Position numbers and translations under genes: made by a program
DNA from: Oculatellaceae cyanobacterium bins.114
GTDB taxonomy: Bacteria; Cyanobacteriota; Cyanobacteriia; Elainellales; Elainellaceae
Reading direction: 5' to 3'
Assembly (NCBI GenBank): GCA_033764315.1
Contig: JANRJA010000018.1
Coordinates: 1 to 64,000 of the forward strand
DNA length: 64,000 nt
Notes under the pieces: model-generated
What the model was told of the DNA's origin: nothing
The model's database searches: none
The model's input: the letters and a program-made list of their open reading frames with translations, nothing else
In this document: one piece after another, positions 1 through 10,106 of the stretch
Position numbering within the stretch: position 1 is the first letter of the stretch
How the letters are laid out: each line of letters starts with the position of its first letter

Positions 1-2
1 TG

Positions 3-158
3 GAGACCAATGAACCCGGCGGCGACGCGCGAATCTTTGATGGACGCGCAAGGCGTGCCGTTGAGCGTGGTTTTCAGCGAATCACCGATGGCTTCCAGGC
101 GGACTTTGTTCCAATCGCCGTGAATTCATTCACCGGGTTCAGTTCCCCCAACTACTAG
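3..158 (+). CDS. 3' end of a CDS entering from outside the window (unknown product)
   Basis: Open frame from base 3 to TAG at 156-158 (ETNEPGGDARIFDG...FSSPNY*); no family recognised. Confidence 0.4.
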   Translation, partial: ETNEPGGDARIFDGRARRAVERGFQRITDGFQADFVPIAVNSFTGFSSPNY

Positions 159-246
159 ATGCGCCCGTGCGTTTCCCTTTAAAGCAGGAATGCAAGCCAG
201 ATATCGACACTGAAATGATTTATTTACTCTATGTGCAACTATTCCC

Positions 247-311
247 GATCCCCGGTTTCTAGGGATGTCACGAGGCACCTTTCAGTTAGCTCCAACAAGA
301 AACCGGGGATC
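247..311. repeat. 14-bp perfect inverted repeat, cyanobacterial REP-like element / possible bidirectional terminator
   Basis: GATCCCCGGTTTCT (247-260) and AGAAACCGGGGATC (298-311) between convergent ORFs. Confidence 0.7.
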
Positions 312-337
312 TAAACCCCTAAATTGCACATCGCGTT

Positions 338-568
338 TTATTTGGTTTTTGTCCCCCACAACCAACTCATTAAGTTAGCTTCCTGCCGCATGGTTGCTAA
401 ATCGCGGCGATTTTGTTCTGCCACTGCGTAATACCATTGGCAATAGTCCTCAAGGGCTTGCCGATAATGAACCTCCTGATAAAACTCGTAGGAGGTTTGG
501 TGGATTTCTAGCACCTCAATGGTGGGTTGAGGTAATAGCACGATTTCTCTCAAAAAAAATTCTGACAC
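338..568 (-). CDS. small hypothetical protein
   Basis: 76-aa ORF with AGGAGAGG RBS, 18 bp downstream of the cyclase gene. Confidence 0.7.
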   Translation of the reverse strand: MSEFFLREIVLLPQPTIEVLEIHQTSYEFYQEVHYRQALEDYCQWYYAVAEQNRRDLATMRQEANLMSWLWGTKTK

Positions 569-586
569 GGCGATCGCCTCTCCTTG

Positions 587-1825
587 TTATCGCTTAGCCA
601 CTAGCAAATACACCATCATTTCGCCTTTGCCTTTGACATAAATGGCTCCCCTTTCTTCAAACTCATAGTGGTCTTTGAGCCGTTCATAAATGGCTGTGGT
701 GACTTGAATGCGTCCTGGAAGCCCTTGAGACTCCATGCGACTGGCGATATTGACGGTGTCGCCCCAGAGATCATAGATAAACTTTTTGACTCCAATGACA
801 CCAGCAACCACAGGGCCAGTGTTGATGCCAACGCGAATGTTAAACGGTTTGGTTTGAGTGGTGTTAAACTCTGCGATCGCTCTCAACATATCTAATGCCA
901 TCTTAGCGATCGCCTCAACGTGATCGTCACGCTCAATCGGTAGGCCACCCACCACCATATAAGAATCACCAATGGTTTTGATATTTTCTAACCCGTGATA
1001 TTCAGCCAGATAGTCAAATTTAGAGAAGATATGGTTGAGCAGTGTCACCATTTCTTGAGGGGGAATATTGCTTGACAACTCTGTAAAACCGACAATATCG
1101 GCAAACAACACACTTGCCTCAGCAAAGCTCTCGGCGATCGTTCGGTGCTCTTGTTTTAATTGCTTTGCCACGGCTGCTGGCAAAATATTGAGCAACAACC
1201 GTTCTGATTTCTTTTGTTCCTCCTCTAATTCATGACGAGCATGAAACTCGGCTTGTTGCAACTGTTCATATAAAAAGATGGACAAATTGCAAATGCAGCA
1301 AAACCAAAAAATATAGAGCCACAGAGACGAGTCCCACACTCCAGGCTTCTCTTCTGGCAACTTTAAGAGGGTGTTGACGGTGCAGTAATAAATCAACACC
1401 CCCAATTGAGACACCATGTGCAGTTGCCAGCGCACCGGCATCAAGGTAGCTTGAGCCAAAAAGACCAACGTCCAGGCAAATACTCCTGGAAAGGCAAAGC
1501 CTCGCCAGGTTGACCACACTTGCTCAATCAAGGTAATCGACCAAGAGCAAACCAAAAATATCAACTCTGGATAACGTTGCCCAAATGGCAGTCGCAGAGC
1601 GGCAAGACAAACCAATAAACCAACCTCAGTAGCACCTGCCATTACCAGCCAGCTTGGGTCACGAGGACTGATGCCCAAACTGATCAAAATGAGTTCCAGA
1701 ATAATAAACGTTAAATAGGCGATGAGTGCCAGGTGAATCGTCAACCGCAATCGCCGCCGCAAAAATTTCTTACGCCACGCTTTATACCGTGACGAGATTG
1801 AAGATTGCTCCTCGTGAGAAGGCAT
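587..1825 (-). CDS. membrane-bound class III adenylate/guanylate cyclase
   Basis: About 6 TM helices, then SERLLLNILP, VLFADIVGFT, IKTIGDSYM, YDLWGDTVNIASRMES; ATG at 1825 preferred over TTG at 1906. Confidence 0.93.
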   Translation of the reverse strand: MPSHEEQSSISSRYKAWRKKFLRRRLRLTIHLALIAYLTFIILELILISLGISPRDPSWLVMAGATEVGLLVCLAALRLPFGQRYPELIFLVCSWSITLIEQVWSTWRGFAFPGVFAWTLVFLAQATLMPVRWQLHMVSQLGVLIYYCTVNTLLKLPEEKPGVWDSSLWLYIFWFCCICNLSIFLYEQLQQAEFHARHELEEEQKKSERLLLNILPAAVAKQLKQEHRTIAESFAEASVLFADIVGFTELSSNIPPQEMVTLLNHIFSKFDYLAEYHGLENIKTIGDSYMVVGGLPIERDDHVEAIAKMALDMLRAIAEFNTTQTKPFNIRVGINTGPVVAGVIGVKKFIYDLWGDTVNIASRMESQGLPGRIQVTTAIYERLKDHYEFEERGAIYVKGKGEMMVYLLVAKR

Positions 1826-2144
1826 CTCTAAAATCTTTGATGCATATGCCGCCAAGCTTTTGATGAACACGAATCGCCACACAATGAAGGGCAAATTGCA
1901 ATACAACCAATCGGTGCTTATCAGACCATTGCAACAAACAATCTCTGTTATCTATCACTCTAAGGGCTAGAGCTTCCGTTATGAATAGATTTTGTTTGAT
2001 GAGTGCAGAGTGATTGCGTTAGAAGTTTGGTTCAATGGCTGAAAAAATTAGATTAAATGGCTGAAAATTTGATCTTTTTAGCCCTCTCCCGCAAACTTTT
2101 TGATAAGGTCTTAGCAAAATGCTTAGCTCAATTCTTAGCCCATC

Positions 2145-2615
2145 ATGTGGCAACACCCTGAGTATTTAACCCACTGCCACTGGATGCAACGTGCGATCGC
2201 CCTAGCAGAGTCAGCAGGTCAGGCGGGTGAAGTGCCCGTTGGAGCCGTTGTAATTGGGGCAACAGGTGAACTGATCGCAGAAGGCGAAAATCGCCGAGAA
2301 CGCGATCGTGATCCCACAGCCCATGCTGAGATCGTGGCACTCCGAGCCGCTGGGCGATCGCTCCAAAGCTGGCACTTAAACGATTGCACGCTCTATGTCA
2401 CGTTAGAACCCTGCCCCATGTGTGCGGGTGCGATTATCCAGGCTCGTTTGGGCACTCTGGTCTACGGGGTAGACGATCCTAAAAGTGGCGCAGTCCGAAC
2501 GGTGCTTAACCTGCCCGACCATGCCTGCTCAAACCATCGCTTACCTGTCTGGGGAGGAATTTTAGAAACGACCTGTCGGCAACAACTGCAAGCCTGGTTT
2601 GCTCAACGCCGTTAG
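2145..2615 (+). CDS. tadA: tRNA adenosine(34) deaminase
   Basis: GEVPVGAV, TAHAE, TLEPCPMC motifs. Confidence 0.93.
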   Translation: MWQHPEYLTHCHWMQRAIALAESAGQAGEVPVGAVVIGATGELIAEGENRRERDRDPTAHAEIVALRAAGRSLQSWHLNDCTLYVTLEPCPMCAGAIIQARLGTLVYGVDDPKSGAVRTVLNLPDHACSNHRLPVWGGILETTCRQQLQAWFAQRR

Positions 2616-2810
2616 TGAGTACGCTTGACGACTTTCATAAATTCAATGTAAGTTTTCCTGCGGTTGGAAGTTTCTCCCTTTGGTCATGTCCAGGACAGCC
2701 ATATAACTGTCCCAGGGACTGAAGGTTTCAATCTTGAAACGCTCTATGGTGTATCTAAGCAAGGCTGAAAAGCTTTGGAGGGTTCGTAGCTGGCTTTTTC
2801 GTTAATAACT

Positions 2811-3545
2811 ATGGTTTCGTTTAACTATCTCAAACATTCCGCTGAAACCCTGGTGCCTACATCCCGGCAGGTTGACCCCATCGATTCCCGTTTTTCTCCT
2901 TGGTTAACTCCATTAGCCTATCCGCTGATTGGTGGCTTGTTGTTGCCGGCCTACTTTAGCCAGATTCATGTGATTGGGCAAGACAACTTACCCACCGAGG
3001 GGCCTGTTATTTTAGCCCCAACTCATCGCTCTCGGTGGGATGCTCTAATTTTGGGATGGGTAGCAGGACGGGGTGTCACCGGACGAGATTTAAGATTTAT
3101 GGTGTCAGCCAATGAGGTTAAGGGAATTCAAGGCTGGTTTATTCGCCGTTTAGGTGGCTTTCCAGTGAACCCCAAGCACCCAGCGATCGCCAGCTTGCGG
3201 CATGGTGTAGAGATTTTACAAAATCGCCAAATGATGGTGATCTTTCCAGAAGGTGGAATCTTCCGCGATACCGACGTTCACCCACTCAAACCAGGATTAG
3301 CCCGGTTAGCCTTGCAAGCGGAGACGACCCAACCCGGCTTAGGAGTGAAAATCGTACCCATTAGCCTGCGGTATAGCGAACCCTATGTCGGGTGGCGCAG
3401 TCAGATGTCCATTCAGATTGGTGCTCCCATTCAAGCGGCTCACTACAGCAAAGGGATTGCCAAGCAAAACGCGCAACAGCTCACTAGTGACCTCGAAATG
3501 GCATTAAAGCAATTAGCTGGCTCTAATCATCTACCAGAGAGCTAA
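2811..3545 (+). CDS. plsC: 1-acyl-sn-glycerol-3-phosphate acyltransferase (PlsC family)
   Basis: HRSRWD (HX4D) and IFPEGG motifs. Confidence 0.85.
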   Translation: MVSFNYLKHSAETLVPTSRQVDPIDSRFSPWLTPLAYPLIGGLLLPAYFSQIHVIGQDNLPTEGPVILAPTHRSRWDALILGWVAGRGVTGRDLRFMVSANEVKGIQGWFIRRLGGFPVNPKHPAIASLRHGVEILQNRQMMVIFPEGGIFRDTDVHPLKPGLARLALQAETTQPGLGVKIVPISLRYSEPYVGWRSQMSIQIGAPIQAAHYSKGIAKQNAQQLTSDLEMALKQLAGSNHLPES

Positions 3546-3691
3546 AAAGCAAGAGATCGAGGCAGAAGGAAGACTTCGACCCATAGCTATCACGCATGAC
3601 CCTTGCCCCTTGACCTCCGTCATCGGTGCTCTATCACTCAGATATGGACAAAGTGGATTAGCATTAGAAATGCTGCTTCCGGTTTGAGTAT

Positions 3692-4285
3692 ATGTCTCAG
3701 GAGTTGTTGCGATCGCTCGTTTGGATGGATTATCGCTTGGCACTGGTGTTTACGGTGATTGTGCCACTTGTACTATCGGTGTGGGTGTTTGTGCGGCAAT
3801 TGAACTCAATGCAGCGACTTCTCATCATTTATTGGCGGGTTGCGAGTTTATTAGCAATCACGGTCTATTTGTTGATTGCAAGCCTGCCGATTGGGTTTAT
3901 TACGAGTTTAATGGCACGCATTCTCATTCCCATTAGTCTCTGGTTTTGGGTTGACTTGAATGAGGAGATTGATGAGCAGTCTCCCGGTTTGTTGAAGTTG
4001 ATGTTGACCTCTTGGCGGTGGGCAGTGAGTGCCTATTGCGTGTTGGGGGCGATCGCCACCCTGCCATTTTTACAATGTGCGCTTTCAGCGGAAGCCCTGA
4101 ACCAACCTTTTTGTCAAGTCTGGCAAGACCCACCATTTCTCTTCAAAGAATACTTTCACCACAATCTCACCCCACCCTTCCTGGGCTTCTTAGGGATTGT
4201 CGCGCTGATCATCTACCTGCTCTACCTGGGTCATTTTGTCTTTATTCGTTTGTCAAAGCAAGGTCGTACAGCAATGGAACAATAG
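3692..4285 (+). CDS. conserved cyanobacterial membrane protein (DUF3177-like)
   Basis: LVWMDYRLA...IYWRVASLL...LWFWVDLNEEI; multiple TM segments. Confidence 0.8.
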   Translation: MSQELLRSLVWMDYRLALVFTVIVPLVLSVWVFVRQLNSMQRLLIIYWRVASLLAITVYLLIASLPIGFITSLMARILIPISLWFWVDLNEEIDEQSPGLLKLMLTSWRWAVSAYCVLGAIATLPFLQCALSAEALNQPFCQVWQDPPFLFKEYFHHNLTPPFLGFLGIVALIIYLLYLGHFVFIRLSKQGRTAMEQ

Positions 4286-4339
4286 ATGGATGGTGCAACC
4301 ACTTTGCACAAATCGCCAAACTCTATTGATGCCAATCCT

Positions 4340-4639
4340 ATGAGTCGATCGCTAGGTCACAGGCTAGAGCAATACACATTAAAACGCCCACAAGAGGTGT
4401 TATTGGTGACAACCGAGATTGAGGGAGAACCCGACCAGATTTTAATTTTTAGAGGGTTCTCCAGTTCGTTGATGCATCCAACAGCTTACGATCCAGACAT
4501 TCCGGTGTTGTCAGACGAGGCTCAGATAGTCACTGTCGATCGTCTGCAAGCCCCCTATCACCCAGAAAACCTAAAGTATATCCAGCAAGGGCTGACGGTA
4601 GAGGCAATCCAACTGTTGCTAGAGGAAGCTGGGGTTTGA
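4340..4639 (+). CDS. conserved cyanobacterial/plastid hypothetical protein
   Basis: RLEQYT...IFRGFSSSL..PTAYDPD pattern; ATG at 4340 preferred. Confidence 0.75.
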   Translation: MSRSLGHRLEQYTLKRPQEVLLVTTEIEGEPDQILIFRGFSSSLMHPTAYDPDIPVLSDEAQIVTVDRLQAPYHPENLKYIQQGLTVEAIQLLLEEAGV

Positions 4640-4932
4640 AGGAAGCGAACATGAACTAGAAGCTAATTCTTCACGATTGATGAGTTTAATCATGAATTAT
4701 TTATGAACACTAGCGGTTGAGCATTGACCACCGACTGTATAAATTGTGATAGTTATTTCAGTTCCTAATACGCAGAATCCCCTAAAGCTGATATTAACTT
4801 TTGTAAGAAAAGCGTTGTAATGGATCGCTTTTCCCTGATCCGCCGAGTTTCATCTGCCTGTTGGGATATATAGACTTACGGAGCGAAAATGCTATGCTCC
4901 ACTGTGTGTGATGTGTGGAGTGAATTTTAAGA

Positions 4933-6417
4933 ATGGTTTTATCTTCTGTATCCCTAGATGATGTACTACTTCCCAAACCATCGCTCGCAGCAGATGCGAG
5001 AATGAGTTCGATTTTGGTAGAAGTGACGCAAGCGATCGCTCTCCCTTCCAGCAAGTTGTTTGGTACGGATGGCATTCGTGGACGGGTAGGAGATTTGCTG
5101 ACGGCACCCCTGACCAGACGTGTCGGGTTTTGGGCGGGGCAAGTGTTGCAACAAACAACGGCGTCTCTTGGGCCAGTCATTGTAGGGCAAGATTCTCGAA
5201 ACTCTAGCGATATGCTGGCAGCGGCGTTGTCAGATGGGTTGACAGCAGCAGGGGTAGAGGTTTGGAATCTAGGGTTATGTCCAACGCCAGCGGTTGCTTA
5301 TCTCACCAGCACGACTGGGGCGATCGGTGGTGTCATGATTTCTGCGAGTCACAACCCCCCCGAAGATAATGGCATCAAGTTTTTTGGATCAACAGGCACT
5401 AAGCTATCGAGTCAACTACAAGCTCAAATTGAAGCCGCTATTCGGGGCGAAGGGGCCGGGGCAGACTCAGCCGTCATACCTGTTCATCAGGGACACTATT
5501 GCGATCGCCCTGAGTTGGTTTCAGCCTACGTTACATCCCTGCATGCGTCTTTGCCTCAGATCAACTTGCATGGGTTGCGGATTGTTTTAGATTTAGCGTG
5601 GGGTGCCGCTGCCCGTTTAGCTCCTCAGGTGTTTGAGGCGTTAGGGGCTGAGGTGATTTGCTTACATAACCGCCCTGATGGCGATCGCATTAATGTTAAT
5701 TGTGGCTCAACCCATTTGGAACCGCTAAAAGCGGCGGTGCAAGAACACAAAGCCGATATCGGATTTGCTTTTGATGGCGATGCCGATCGCGTCCTAGCTG
5801 TCGATGCAGAAGGTCGCATTGTCGATGGAGATTACATTCTCTTCTTTTGGGGACAAGCCCTGCAACGGGCCAACCAACTCCCTCACAACACTATCGTTTC
5901 TACGGTGATGTCAAACCTGGGTTTTGAGCGAGCTTGGGAGCGTCAAGGTGGCACCTTAATTCGCACCGCAGTTGGCGATCAATATGTTCATGCTGAGATG
6001 GTGAAACGGGGTTGCGTACTGGGTGGTGAGCAGTCGGGGCACATTCTTTGTCGCCACTACAGCGTTTCTGGAGATGGCATTTTAACGGCATTACATCTAG
6101 CCGCACTGGTGCAGCAATCGGGTACTACTCTGACAGAGATGATGCAACACAGTTTTCAGACCTATCCTCAGTTGTTGCGAAATGTGCGCGTTGAGGATCG
6201 CGATCGCCGTCTCAATTGGCAAACCTGTGAGCCTGTGCAACACGCGATCGCCGCAGCCGAAACAGCAATGGGAGATCAGGGACGCATTTTAGTGCGAGCC
6301 TCTGGCACAGAACCCGTTATTCGAGTCATGGTTGAAGCGGCTTCTGCTGAATTGACCCAATATTGGTGTGACACCCTGGTTGCAGTCGTACAGCAGCACT
6401 TGGGGAAAGGGTATTGA
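4933..6417 (+). CDS. glmM: phosphoglucosamine mutase
   Basis: [36 protein letters not shown]; start uncertain. Confidence 0.95.
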   Translation: MVLSSVSLDDVLLPKPSLAADARMSSILVEVTQAIALPSSKLFGTDGIRGRVGDLLTAPLTRRVGFWAGQVLQQTTASLGPVIVGQDSRNSSDMLAAALSDGLTAAGVEVWNLGLCPTPAVAYLTSTTGAIGGVMISASHNPPEDNGIKFFGSTGTKLSSQLQAQIEAAIRGEGAGADSAVIPVHQGHYCDRPELVSAYVTSLHASLPQINLHGLRIVLDLAWGAAARLAPQVFEALGAEVICLHNRPDGDRINVNCGSTHLEPLKAAVQEHKADIGFAFDGDADRVLAVDAEGRIVDGDYILFFWGQALQRANQLPHNTIVSTVMSNLGFERAWERQGGTLIRTAVGDQYVHAEMVKRGCVLGGEQSGHILCRHYSVSGDGILTALHLAALVQQSGTTLTEMMQHSFQTYPQLLRNVRVEDRDRRLNWQTCEPVQHAIAAAETAMGDQGRILVRASGTEPVIRVMVEAASAELTQYWCDTLVAVVQQHLGKGY

Positions 6418-6419
6418 GA

Positions 6420-6500
6420 AAAGGCTAAAGGCTAAAGAATGAGGGATAAAAGGGGACTTTTGGCTTTCAGCCTTTATCCTTCAGCCTTTACCCTTCTTCT
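6420..6500. repeat. short tandem heptamer repeats (STRR-like) in inverted arrangement
   Basis: AAGGCTA/AAGAATG-type units followed by TCAGCCT/TTATCCT units. Confidence 0.6.
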
Positions 6501-6548
6501 CCTCCCATTCTCTTCTTACAATACAGAAGTAGCGCGATCAGAGGTGCA

Positions 6549-8039
6549 ATGGCTCGTACCCCTACATTGAAGTTTGATCGGGGCACATTGATTCTGCATC
6601 CACCGCCCAAAGGCAAAGGCTGGATGGATTATGCTACCTGGGATGACCGAGTGGAGCGGTTTCGGATTCCAGCCATCCAATATCGTGCCTTGGTAGAAAC
6701 CCTGCAAGCAGAAGGGATTACCTTCACTGATGAAGCCAAGGGGTTTGAGGCGATCGCCCTTAAAGCGGCGTTAGAGCGAGAACCCTATCCTCATCAAACA
6801 GAAGCACTAACCGCCTGGACTCAAGCCGGACGACGCGGAGTAGTGGTTTTGCCCACAGCAGCAGGCAAAACTTACCTGGCTCAGATGGCGATGCAAGCGA
6901 CTCCTCGCAATACGCTGATTACGGTGCCCACTCTGGACTTAATGCATCAGTGGTATGCTCACCTGTTGGCGGCTTTTCCAGATGCAGAGGTGGGTTTATT
7001 GGGTGGGGGTTCTAAAGATCGGACAGCTATTTTGGTGGCGACCTATGACAGTGCAGCGATTCACGCTGAGACCTTGGGTAACCGCTATGCCTTGTTGATT
7101 TGCGACGAGTGCCACCACTTGCCCAGTGACTTTAACCGCGTCATTGCGGAGTATGCGATCGCCCCTTATCGATTGGGATTGACCGCAACCCCTGACCGCA
7201 CGGATGGCAAGCATGCAGACCTCGATATTTTGTTGGGGGCGGTCGTGTATCACCGCACGGCTGAAGACTTAGCAGGGACGGCTTTAGCCCATCACGATAT
7301 TGTGCAAATTAAGGTAACGCTGTCTCAAGAAGAGCGCGATCGCTATGATCACCTGATTCAAACCCGCAATCGATTTTTAGAGAAATCGAATCTCTGGCTA
7401 GGCAGTATTGAAGGATGGCAACGCTTTGTGCAGGCGAGTGCCCAGTCGCAAGCCGGACGACGCGCCATGTTAGCTCACCGCGAAGCACGAGCGATCGCCC
7501 TCGGCACGGTTGGAAAATTGCGAGTCCTAGCTGATGTGCTAGCCCAACACTACCCTGAACAAACCCTCATCTTTACCAACGACAACGCCACGGTCTATCG
7601 CATCTCGCAAGACTTTTTGATTCCTGCGATCACCCATCAAACGCCTGTCAAAGAACGCCACGATATCTTGCAAAAATTTCGGGAGGGCACCTATAAAACT
7701 CTGGTTGCATCCCATGTGTTAAACGAGGGGGTCGATGTTCCAGCGGCTAGCGTTGCGGTTTTGCTCTCAGGGACTGGCTCAACCCGCGAATACATTCAAC
7801 GGTTGGGACGAGTTCTTCGTAAGGGGCAAGCCCACAAAAGGGCTATTCTCTATGAGGTGATTGCCGAAGAAACAACCGAAGAAAACGTCTCTCGTCGCCG
7901 CCGCACACCCCCTCAAAGTCATCGTCACCCTCATCAACTCGAACTCGTGCCCTCTTCACCGTATGAGGTCGTCACTCGGCGATCGCCCCTGGCTGCTGAA
8001 GAGTCTGGCACCTGGCACAAAGAAGCAGAAGAGGACTGA
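6549..8039 (+). CDS. SF2 DEAD/DEAH-box helicase (XPB/Ssl2-like)
   Basis: LPTAAGKT, DECHH, GLTAT, EGVDVP, QRLGRVLR. Confidence 0.9.
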   Translation: MARTPTLKFDRGTLILHPPPKGKGWMDYATWDDRVERFRIPAIQYRALVETLQAEGITFTDEAKGFEAIALKAALEREPYPHQTEALTAWTQAGRRGVVVLPTAAGKTYLAQMAMQATPRNTLITVPTLDLMHQWYAHLLAAFPDAEVGLLGGGSKDRTAILVATYDSAAIHAETLGNRYALLICDECHHLPSDFNRVIAEYAIAPYRLGLTATPDRTDGKHADLDILLGAVVYHRTAEDLAGTALAHHDIVQIKVTLSQEERDRYDHLIQTRNRFLEKSNLWLGSIEGWQRFVQASAQSQAGRRAMLAHREARAIALGTVGKLRVLADVLAQHYPEQTLIFTNDNATVYRISQDFLIPAITHQTPVKERHDILQKFREGTYKTLVASHVLNEGVDVPAASVAVLLSGTGSTREYIQRLGRVLRKGQAHKRAILYEVIAEETTEENVSRRRRTPPQSHRHPHQLELVPSSPYEVVTRRSPLAAEESGTWHKEAEED

Positions 8040-8287
8040 GAGCTGAGTCAACGAGCAGACGGAATCAGGCGATGAGGACTCCCTCAATATCCCACTGCTG
8101 TATGGACGTTTACAGCTACGCCCACTCCCCGATTAGCCCTGATTAGTCCGATGAGCTGAGCTACAGTCCTCCTTTTTAATTCCTCACATCCCTTACCCCT
8201 GCCGTCTTATACCCTTGTTGGCTTAAGCAGGGTCGATAAGGAATTCAGTACACTACTAGACGGGGAAGATTCATTGAGGACAGTGGA

Positions 8288-9973
8288 GTGCGTCTGTTTA
8301 AGACGGTTGCGGGTCTGCGCTGCTATCTCACTCTGACAAAGTCGGGGTGGCAATTGCAGGGTGGAGAAAAATCAGAGGGGGCAGTGCAAAGCAGCTCCCT
8401 TGATAGAATCTTTGCCCCTCCTCCGATGCCGGTCACTGTGGGATTAGTGCCGACAATGGGAGCGTTGCATGATGGTCATTTGAGCTTGATTCGACAAGCC
8501 CGATGTGAAACCGATGTTGTTGTCGTCAGCATTTTTGTCAACCCTCTGCAATTTGGCCCGAACGAAGATTTTCAAAAATATCCCCGGACGCTAGAGCACG
8601 ATCAAGTCTTATGTGAACAGGTTGGTGTAGATGTTATTTTTGCCCCCAGTGCTGAAGAGCTATATGGCAACTCTGATCCCGGTCAAACTAATTCTGTAGA
8701 CAATGCGACATTGACTCAAGTAATTCCCCCAGTTGATATGATGTCGAGATTGTGTGGTCGTTTTCGTCCAGGGCACTTTCAGGGTGTGGCAACTGTGGTG
8801 ACTAAATTGTTTAACCTGGTGCAGCCCGATCGCGCTTATTTTGGGCAAAAAGACGCTCAACAATTAGCAATTTTGCAACGAGTGGTGAAAGATTTGAATT
8901 TGTCTGTAGAAATTATTCCCTGCCCTATTGTGCGAGAGCAAGATGGATTGGCACTGAGTTCTCGAAATCGCTATTTGAGTCAAGCACAGCGATCGCAAGC
9001 AACCGTGCTCAACCGTGCCCTAACGCAAGCAGAGCAGCTCTTTCGCCAGGGCAATACCCGCAGTGAAGATTTAATCGCCGTGGTCAATGCGGCGTTGGCA
9101 ACAGAACCTGAGATTCAATTAGAATACGTCGAGTTAGTACATCCTATGACGATGGTGCCTCTTAACACGGTTGAAGAAACGGGCTTATTGGCGATCGCCG
9201 CCTATGTGGGAACCACCCGCTTGATCGACAATATTGTTTTGCGAAATCGCCAGCCGATTATCGCCATTGATGGCCCTGCTGGAGCCGGAAAATCTACGGT
9301 GGTGAGGCAAGTGGCTCAAAAGTTGGGGTTACTTTATCTTGATACTGGTGCTATGTATCGAGCCGTAACCTGGCTAGTCTTGCAATCGGGTATCGCCATT
9401 GACGACGAACCCGCGATCGCCGAGTTAGTCAGTCAGTGCGATATTGTCTTAGAAAACCCAGAGAATGAAGTCTCTTCTGAATCTGTTCATCTGCACACAG
9501 CCCTGTTTAAGCCCAAAGTGTGGATTAATGGGCAAGATGTGACTCAGGCCATTCGGACTCCTGAGGTGACGGCTCATGTCTCTGCGATCGCCGCTCAAGC
9601 AGCTGTGCGCAAAGAGTTGGTTAAACGCCAACAAGAGTATGGTCGCAAGGGTGGAGTTGTGATGGATGGGCGTGACATTGGCACCCATGTCTTTCCGAAT
9701 GCAGAACTCAAGATTTTTTTGACGGCCTCTGTGCAAGAGCGAGCACGGCGACGACAGCTAGACCTCAAAAACCAGGGTCAACTGGATATCAGCTTAGAAG
9801 ACCTGGAGCGCAGTATCTTTGAGCGCGATCGCAAAGATAGCACCCGATCTATCTCGCCCCTGCAAAAAGCGGCAGATGCAATTGAGCTCATCACCGATGG
9901 GCTGACAATCACCGAAGTGACTCACGAGATCATCCGTCTTTATCAGCAAAAACTCTTGAAGACTGAGGAGTGA
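8288..9973 (+). CDS. panC/cmk: bifunctional pantoate-beta-alanine ligase / cytidylate kinase
   Basis: PTMGALHDGH, FGQKD, ALSSRN, then IAIDGPAGAGKST and DGRDIG. Confidence 0.96.
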   Translation: MRLFKTVAGLRCYLTLTKSGWQLQGGEKSEGAVQSSSLDRIFAPPPMPVTVGLVPTMGALHDGHLSLIRQARCETDVVVVSIFVNPLQFGPNEDFQKYPRTLEHDQVLCEQVGVDVIFAPSAEELYGNSDPGQTNSVDNATLTQVIPPVDMMSRLCGRFRPGHFQGVATVVTKLFNLVQPDRAYFGQKDAQQLAILQRVVKDLNLSVEIIPCPIVREQDGLALSSRNRYLSQAQRSQATVLNRALTQAEQLFRQGNTRSEDLIAVVNAALATEPEIQLEYVELVHPMTMVPLNTVEETGLLAIAAYVGTTRLIDNIVLRNRQPIIAIDGPAGAGKSTVVRQVAQKLGLLYLDTGAMYRAVTWLVLQSGIAIDDEPAIAELVSQCDIVLENPENEVSSESVHLHTALFKPKVWINGQDVTQAIRTPEVTAHVSAIAAQAAVRKELVKRQQEYGRKGGVVMDGRDIGTHVFPNAELKIFLTASVQERARRRQLDLKNQGQLDISLEDLERSIFERDRKDSTRSISPLQKAADAIELITDGLTITEVTHEIIRLYQQKLLKTEE

Positions 9974-10013
9974 TCCTGAATCCATCGCGTCAAGCCGCCT
10001 ATTTTGAGCATAC

Positions 10014-10095
10014 GGGCAACGCATTCAGCAAACATTTAGCAAAGATGCAGCAAAGTTGATGCAACTCCATGACAGTTGTACCGAATGCGTTGCCC
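10014..10095. repeat. 13-bp perfect inverted repeat (REP-like) between convergent genes
   Basis: GGGCAACGCATTC (10014-10026) and GAATGCGTTGCCC (10083-10095). Confidence 0.7.
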
Positions 10096-10106
10096 TGCTT
10101 CTTCCC

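Noticed and set aside
8288..9973. PanC-Cmk fusion as a novelty
   Set aside because: This fusion is standard in cyanobacteria.
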